Below the pieces are notes generated by a model. It was not told where the DNA came from, searched no databases, and saw nothing but the letters and a program-made list of their open reading frames with translations. 64,000 nt of DNA, from IMG/VR virus record IMGVR_UViG_3300009408_000001, positions 32,001 to 96,000 of that record. One strand, written 5' to 3'. Position 1 is the first letter of the stretch. Every line of letters begins with the position of its first letter. The translations under genes and the position numbers were made by a program. Positions 58,226 through 64,000 of this stretch are shown here, one piece after another. The DNA is from a virus.

Positions 58226-61200
58226 ATGAAGTACGACCAATACCTTAAGCAATGGACACCACTCCGTATAGACCAACTGGCCACGTTTAAGTCTACTAAA
58301 GACCGTGACCTGGACCTACCGGACTACTCTACAATCCACTACGACAGTGACAGCCCCTCGGATAACGGCATACGTAAGAGCCATCCCCTTCTTAACACCC
58401 ATAAGAAACACATCCGAGTTTACCACGTTACCGACCTGGAGAAGGCACAGGGTAAACCACGAAAGAGGTCCTTTAACTCGAACGGTGCAATCAAACAGTA
58501 CCTACGGGAACGACCCAGGGGTTTCTATAGGACACCTGACCTCAAACGGGTTATGCAGGATAGGAACAGTGCGGTCATCATTGATCGAAGTCTACTCAAA
58601 CACATGTGGGTTTACCAGACCTCCCGTTTGGCCTTTCTGGATGAATGGATTAACGACCTGGCTACCCTAGCGGTTCAGATTAAGAAGGTTAGTACTAACC
58701 GGGTGCAGTTCATCCCAGTCATCTTACCGAAACGTATTCCTGCAATCCAGGAACTCAAGAAGTTGTCTAGCAGCAAGCCAGAAGCTGTAATTCCTGCTTT
58801 GTCTGAAGAACGCATGTTAGACCTCATGTGGTTATGGGACATGGCAACCGGTAATGGAACAAGTGTATCATTACTGGACAATGAACACCTGGAACAATGT
58901 GTCGTGGTCATCATTGATCAAGATGAGGTATTTCAAGTACGGTTATCCAGCTTGGTTACATGGGGAATGGATGAACCCACTAAGTGCTCTATGCTTCTCC
59001 ATAAACGCATGGTTAGCATGGCCAGTAAGCGAATGGAATCTACGGTCGAGGGTAGTACTGAGGGCGATGGGGTAGCACCGGAACCGGTTGGGACGGATCC
59101 TATCTTACTGCCACCAGTGGAAGACAACGTGGGTGAGAACCGCATTAGTTTGATGGTCAATGACCTTGGTAAGTCCGGTAGTTTAACAGTGGCACAACAA
59201 AACCGACTCATCGGACTGGCGTCTTCATATAAGAAGATAAAGAACCCCAGTGGCAAGGGTACCGTCGCAGACGTTATAACTGAGCCCGCGATTGCTAATG
59301 CGGTAGACAGTACCCTCCAAACCTTACCGGACAAAACCAGTGTCATAGATAAGACCTTATTGCGAGCGTCAATTGACACTATGGAAAAAGAAGGTGTCCG
59401 TAACATTCAGAAGGATGTACTTAGTGCTGTGGTCAACATCCAACGGGGTGGAATCATTGTACGGGACATTACCACGGAACGGAAAGATGATGCGTTGAGT
59501 TCAACCACACTGTACAAGGTGAAACTTCAGCCAGTACGTGGAAGCGAATCTACCTTGTCTTTTGAGCTGCCTAATGTAAGTGAGGCGGGTGAGTTTCAGG
59601 TAAACGGTGTCAAGTATCGTTTGGATCCACAACGAGTTGACATACCGATACGTAAGGAAGCACCCTTTAGAACGTCCCTGTCATCGTACATGGCAAAGGT
59701 GTTTGTCACACGTAGTCAGAAGGCGGTCAGTAACTATGGCAGATGGATTCGTTCCAAACTGGCCAAAGATTCCATGGACCATGAGAATGGGGTGGTTACG
59801 GTACTGGTCCTTAATGATAATGTTCTTCCACAGAAGGCATTGTGCAGACATTACACGGCACTGGCCGAGGGCATTGTAGCCATGCGTGCTCATGGGTATC
59901 ACTTTAACTTCGGGTACATCCATCGAGAGGAAACCTTTGGAAAAGAGGTACTTGCTAAGTTAGAGAAAGACGACCGAATTGTTATTGCGTCTGGTAACGA
60001 TGGACACCTGGTGATGGACACGGATGGAATTCTTCACTCTATAGTAAAGGGAAAGGAAACCATGTTATCCAGCTTCCCCGAGTTCATCTCCCCAGGATGG
60101 GGTGAAGGCCCTGCGGAGTATGCCGAGCTTGGTATCTACGGAAAGGGTGTTCCGGTAGGGGTAGCTATTGGGATGATGGTGGGTCTGGAGAAACTTCTAA
60201 AACTTACGAAGTGTACCCACCGCTGGGTTGATTCAGGAAAGGCAGTCAACCTGGAATCCTGGGAATATCGCATTCGTTTTAAGGACGAGTCTCTGGTTGT
60301 GGATAAACGAAACATCCACGCATCCCTCATTGTCGGTGGATACATGGGCATAAAGAAAACCACACCGCTATACGATGTGAGTGCGTTTAATGACCCAGGG
60401 ACATATGGACTAGCCATGGAAAACGAAGGGATTGGAAGACACGTTGGTAAAGAACTCCATCTAATGGTGGATTACTTTGTGGATCCAGTTACCAAAGAGA
60501 TCTTAGAGGAGTACAACGAGCCAACTGAGTTTGTCCCCTTGTTGATCCGTGCTGTAGAGTTGCTCGTCACGGATAACTGGACAGACGAAATGGATCCGGT
60601 GTACATGCGTACTCGTGGTTATGAACGGTTCAGTGGGTTTGTGTACTCTAGGATGTTAGCAGCGGTTCGTGAACAGCGTAACTCCCCTGTACCCGGTAAG
60701 GCGAAGGTAAGTATTCCACCCAGAGAAGTATTGGCTGCGATCTTAGCCGATCAATCGGTTGTACTTGTGGAAGAAACAAACCCGGTACATGCTCTAAAGG
60801 AGAGAGAAGCGGTTACCTTTACAGGTGAGGGTGGACGTAGTCCTAGAACCATGGTTGCTAGAAGTCGTGTCTTTCATAAGCACGATGTTGGTGTTATCTC
60901 GGAAGGAACCCCGGACAGTGCTAAAGTGGGGATTCGGTCCTACCGAACACAGAATGCGAAGTTCACCAGCATGCGGGGTATGTCGGAACGATATGATAAA
61001 AAGGAAGACGGGCTGTCGTCTGCTTTCTCATCTACTGCACTGGTATCCCCTGGTGCCCTCAACAACGATCCCAAGCGGATTAACATGTCCAGCATTCAAT
61101 GGAGTTCTGAAGTAGACTGCATCGGTGGTAAGGTCATGCCAGTTAGAACTGGCGGTGAGATGATCATCGCAAACCGGGCTCCGGATAAGTTTGCTTACAC

Positions 61201-62542
61201 TGCTAAGTCTGCCGGGAAGATAGTCGGGCTGGATGCCGGTTCTATTACACTGAGGTACGACCACGACATTGACTTTAAACCAGGTCGGGTGTTCGAGTCA
61301 GATTACAAAACACATTATGACTTGAACCAAGTGATCTACGATGTGAATGGTAAACGAAGTGCCGAGGTGGTGAACCTTAAGGACTTAGTAACCGGGAAGG
61401 AAAAGAACGACGGTGCAAACTGTGTTCTCTTACTTACGATCGAGGGAAAGGTGGTTGTAGCGGAAGGCGCGTACTTGGTTACGAAAGCGATCAAGGATGG
61501 GAAACGTGCGGTACAGTGTTACATGGCACACGAGGGGATTACTAAGGATGCGGTTATCTCTAAGGCGTCTGCTGCTTCTAAGAAGATCGCAGACGTTTAC
61601 GGTAAGGATGGGGTAGATGATGTAACCTTGCCAGTAGGTACCCACATTGGACGGGGTGCTGGCGCGGTCATTTCTCACAAGATCGTTACTGACTTAAAAG
61701 TGGGACATGTCTTTAAGATAGGTGATGCTATTACCTGGAATGAAGGCCACTTTGCTCGTGACTACGCTAACCCAGGTGGTGTGAGTTTGCGTACGGGTAT
61801 TCCAACCGTAGTGTGCCTTACCGAAGCTTCTGAGACGTATGAGGATTCCTCTGCTATCTCTAAGGAACTGGCACAGGGACTGTCGACCAGCATCGGTAAA
61901 GAAAAGACCCTGCTCATCCGGTTTGACCAGGCCATTAATAACCTTGTGTCCGTAGGCGATGAGATAGAGAGCACGTCTATTTTATGTACCATCGAAGAGT
62001 CCGCTACTGCGGATATCATAGATGAGGACGAATCACTTGCTGGTTTGACAAAGTTGGCAGCCAGCGTTCCCAAGGCGAAGTTTACAGGGGTCATCGACCA
62101 AGTTACAGTGGTCTACATGGGAGATCCAGCTGAGGCAGATGAGTCCGTACAGCGTCTCATCAAGAAAGACAACTCCAGACGCAATGCGTTACGGCGGAAA
62201 CTGACTGAACCCGGTCTTCCTGCGACGGGTGAAATTATGAACTCCACATTTGTGGGTGGTCAACGGGTCACTGCAAATACGATGGCGGTTACCATCGTCA
62301 TCTCGAAAGACGCCGGAATGGTGGTTGGGGATAAACTCGTCGTGGATACGGCTCTCAAGGGAGTACCAGCACGCATTATTGAGGGTGGGGATACTATGGA
62401 AGACGGTACTCCGATTGGAATGTACATGAGCTACAGAACCATCTCGGCTAGGATCATGACTTCTCCTGAGAAGTATGGCCCATACAACTTCGCCTGTGTC
62501 AAACTGGCTAAGACACTATCTGATATTTACTTCGGGACTTAA
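58226..62542 (+). CDS. virion RNA polymerase beta subunit large part (phiKZ gp178-like)
   Basis: 1438 aa; SEGTPDSAKVG, NDPKR.N, ETYEDSSAIS, GDKL; synteny with the beta' gene. Confidence 0.92.
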   Translation: MKYDQYLKQWTPLRIDQLATFKSTKDRDLDLPDYSTIHYDSDSPSDNGIRKSHPLLNTHKKHIRVYHVTDLEKAQGKPRKRSFNSNGAIKQYLRERPRGFYRTPDLKRVMQDRNSAVIIDRSLLKHMWVYQTSRLAFLDEWINDLATLAVQIKKVSTNRVQFIPVILPKRIPAIQELKKLSSSKPEAVIPALSEERMLDLMWLWDMATGNGTSVSLLDNEHLEQCVVVIIDQDEVFQVRLSSLVTWGMDEPTKCSMLLHKRMVSMASKRMESTVEGSTEGDGVAPEPVGTDPILLPPVEDNVGENRISLMVNDLGKSGSLTVAQQNRLIGLASSYKKIKNPSGKGTVADVITEPAIANAVDSTLQTLPDKTSVIDKTLLRASIDTMEKEGVRNIQKDVLSAVVNIQRGGIIVRDITTERKDDALSSTTLYKVKLQPVRGSESTLSFELPNVSEAGEFQVNGVKYRLDPQRVDIPIRKEAPFRTSLSSYMAKVFVTRSQKAVSNYGRWIRSKLAKDSMDHENGVVTVLVLNDNVLPQKALCRHYTALAEGIVAMRAHGYHFNFGYIHREETFGKEVLAKLEKDDRIVIASGNDGHLVMDTDGILHSIVKGKETMLSSFPEFISPGWGEGPAEYAELGIYGKGVPVGVAIGMMVGLEKLLKLTKCTHRWVDSGKAVNLESWEYRIRFKDESLVVDKRNIHASLIVGGYMGIKKTTPLYDVSAFNDPGTYGLAMENEGIGRHVGKELHLMVDYFVDPVTKEILEEYNEPTEFVPLLIRAVELLVTDNWTDEMDPVYMRTRGYERFSGFVYSRMLAAVREQRNSPVPGKAKVSIPPREVLAAILADQSVVLVEETNPVHALKEREAVTFTGEGGRSPRTMVARSRVFHKHDVGVISEGTPDSAKVGIRSYRTQNAKFTSMRGMSERYDKKEDGLSSAFSSTALVSPGALNNDPKRINMSSIQWSSEVDCIGGKVMPVRTGGEMIIANRAPDKFAYTAKSAGKIVGLDAGSITLRYDHDIDFKPGRVFESDYKTHYDLNQVIYDVNGKRSAEVVNLKDLVTGKEKNDGANCVLLLTIEGKVVVAEGAYLVTKAIKDGKRAVQCYMAHEGITKDAVISKASAASKKIADVYGKDGVDDVTLPVGTHIGRGAGAVISHKIVTDLKVGHVFKIGDAITWNEGHFARDYANPGGVSLRTGIPTVVCLTEASETYEDSSAISKELAQGLSTSIGKEKTLLIRFDQAINNLVSVGDEIESTSILCTIEESATADIIDEDESLAGLTKLAASVPKAKFTGVIDQVTVVYMGDPAEADESVQRLIKKDNSRRNALRRKLTEPGLPATGEIMNSTFVGGQRVTANTMAVTIVISKDAGMVVGDKLVVDTALKGVPARIIEGGDTMEDGTPIGMYMSYRTISARIMTSPEKYGPYNFACVKLAKTLSDIYFGT

Positions 62543-62543
62543 C

Positions 62544-62753
62544 ATGAAAACATACACGAACACAGTAAAGGCACATCGGACAACCATGTCCCGTGCCACG
62601 TTGGCAAACGTCTTAGCCCTGGGTCGACGGGTTGTAACCAACCTAACCGGCAACGAGTTGGCAAAGGGAGGGGTTTGTCCTGATGAATACCTCGCTTCTA
62701 AACTGAAAGGGTGGCTGAGCGAGGAATCTGCGAAAGTGAGAATGGAATTATGA
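62544..62753 (+). CDS. small hypothetical ORF or structured intergenic element containing copy 2 of the 41-bp repeat
   Basis: ATG just after the vRNAP stop and ATGA overlap with the next gene; weak RBS. Confidence 0.4.
   Translation: MKTYTNTVKAHRTTMSRATLANVLALGRRVVTNLTGNELAKGGVCPDEYLASKLKGWLSEESAKVRMEL
62632..62672 (+). repeat. 41-bp dispersed direct repeat, copy 2
   Basis: 40/41 identity to 1378-1418. Confidence 0.9.
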
Positions 62754-64000
62754 TTACTCAAGGACAGACTGAAAAGGTACGGGCATCATTGCGTAGCTTA
62801 AGTTGGGAATCCGTGGTTATAACCGCCAAAGCTGGAACACCCCTGGATTGCCTTACCCTTGCCATTGGTACTATCCACGAACCGGATGGTGACGAAGATG
62901 AAGCCGGTAATGAAAAAGCCCTATGTGAGGCAAGTAACTGTGGTGACCACGATCTCGAGTTGACAGAAACCGCAGCATGGGTCACCCGTAAGATCTCTGC
63001 AAGCATTAACTATGCGCGTAACACAATCAACCCACTGGTCACCGACGTCGTTGAAGCATGTGAAGACATTCTCGAACTTCGTAACGATACATGGGAGTCC
63101 ACACACGAGATCATCCCGTTTAAGTTGAGTGAGATTTATTTCCATCCAATCTTTAACGTGTTACTGGATGGTACTACTAACACCCGTGCTACAGGTCACG
63201 CAAGTGTACCCGCTACCATCGTATCCCATCTCGAGAAAACGTACTCCGAAGAAGAGATTATGAAATCTCTCCTAACTGGGGATGAGTCATTTGATACACT
63301 CGTTAGGGATGTAAACCAACACGAGTGGTTGATGAACCTCTCGGGTAGTCGGAACATGACGTCCAACAGTGGGATGTTATCCCCTATTGAACTGAATCGG
63401 CTGTTATTCCGTTTCTTGATATTGGTAGCCATGCGGTCTGGTAAATTGGAAGGCTTCAGTACTCGTGGTTTATCCAATGCAGAGAACTTAGGTTTGGGTA
63501 AAGCGGTTACGTCTATGGGTCACCAACTTAAGGCCCAACTAACCCGCTACCAAGCGATGATCGAGTCGGATACACACTTCATTGCCTCTGTGGAGTATAG
63601 ACGGATCTACGTAAACGAGCGCTCTTACGGCAAGTGGTTGAAAGCAGGTGGTTCTGCTGACAGTATCCTAGGGTTCCTCGATAAGCAGGGCTTAAATGAC
63701 CGTGATCGGGTTAACCTGGTAAATACCGGGACATGGAAAGCATATAGTGAACTCCTCTACAAGTCGCTCAGTGAGCCAGGTGGTTGTCCATTCGCTAAGT
63801 ACCTGTTACGGAAACATCGTACTACCCAGACAGTGAACGCAGGTAAGACCTGTAAGAATGTGGATAAGGCGATCCATGGGATGGTACTCGAGTTCATTCG
63901 CAACCACTACGCTGAAGGAACAGACCCCCGCACTACTCTGGTAACCAAAGCGAATGCCGCATTGGAACACGGTGGTTATCGGGCATCGTATGACATTGAA
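62750..64000 (+). CDS. phiKZ gp177-like virion/ejection protein, partial (runs off the window end)
   Basis: Frame from ATG 62750 (MITQGQTEKVRASL...SINYARNTINPLV) has no listed stop in the ORF track; synteny after vRNAP beta. Confidence 0.65.
   Translation, partial: MITQGQTEKVRASLRSLSWESVVITAKAGTPLDCLTLAIGTIHEPDGDEDEAGNEKALCEASNCGDHDLELTETAAWVTRKISASINYARNTINPLVTDVVEACEDILELRNDTWESTHEIIPFKLSEIYFHPIFNVLLDGTTNTRATGHASVPATIVSHLEKTYSEEEIMKSLLTGDESFDTLVRDVNQHEWLMNLSGSRNMTSNSGMLSPIELNRLLFRFLILVAMRSGKLEGFSTRGLSNAENLGLGKAVTSMGHQLKAQLTRYQAMIESDTHFIASVEYRRIYVNERSYGKWLKAGGSADSILGFLDKQGLNDRDRVNLVNTGTWKAYSELLYKSLSEPGGCPFAKYLLRKHRTTQTVNAGKTCKNVDKAIHGMVLEFIRNHYAEGTDPRTTLVTKANAALEHGGYRASYDIE

Noticed and set aside
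56573-62542. Inteins or introns in the RNAP genes
   Set aside because: Both ORFs are continuous, with no C/S...HN intein termini or homing endonuclease motifs seen
62670-62740. Possible hammerhead ribozyme (CTGATGA...GAAA)
   Set aside because: The stem II closing pair and the stems I and III partners do not fit the consensus, and the core is absent from repeat copy 1

Overview
This window is a segment of a phiKZ-like (Chimalliviridae-type) jumbo myovirus genome, probably infecting a Gram-negative host (spanin-like pair). The assignment rests on split virion RNA polymerase subunits (beta' N-part with DFDGD at 56573-58207, large beta part at 58226-62542, beta C-terminal fragment at 37707-38381), their divergent arrangement with a 3890-aa tape-measure-like protein carrying an M23 peptidase, a central-spike-like gene, RecA/UvsX, RNase H, thyA and a DHFR-like gene. 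The region 6-28 kb is a tail/baseplate adhesin region with at least seven FG-GAP-type beta-propeller genes. The best candidate for an undescribed system is an array of repeat-bounded early expression cassettes (shared promoter motif ATTAC-N5-YGAKMA, leader hairpin, shared terminator) at 28.5-30.5 kb, with an outlier at 10 kb. It carries three gap-free 91-aa paralogues and a stand-alone Csx16-family protein, a candidate anti-type III CRISPR ring nuclease. No tRNA, rRNA, CRISPR array, integrase, transposase or reverse transcriptase was recognised. All family assignments come from motif recognition by eye and remembered family consensus; no searches were run.
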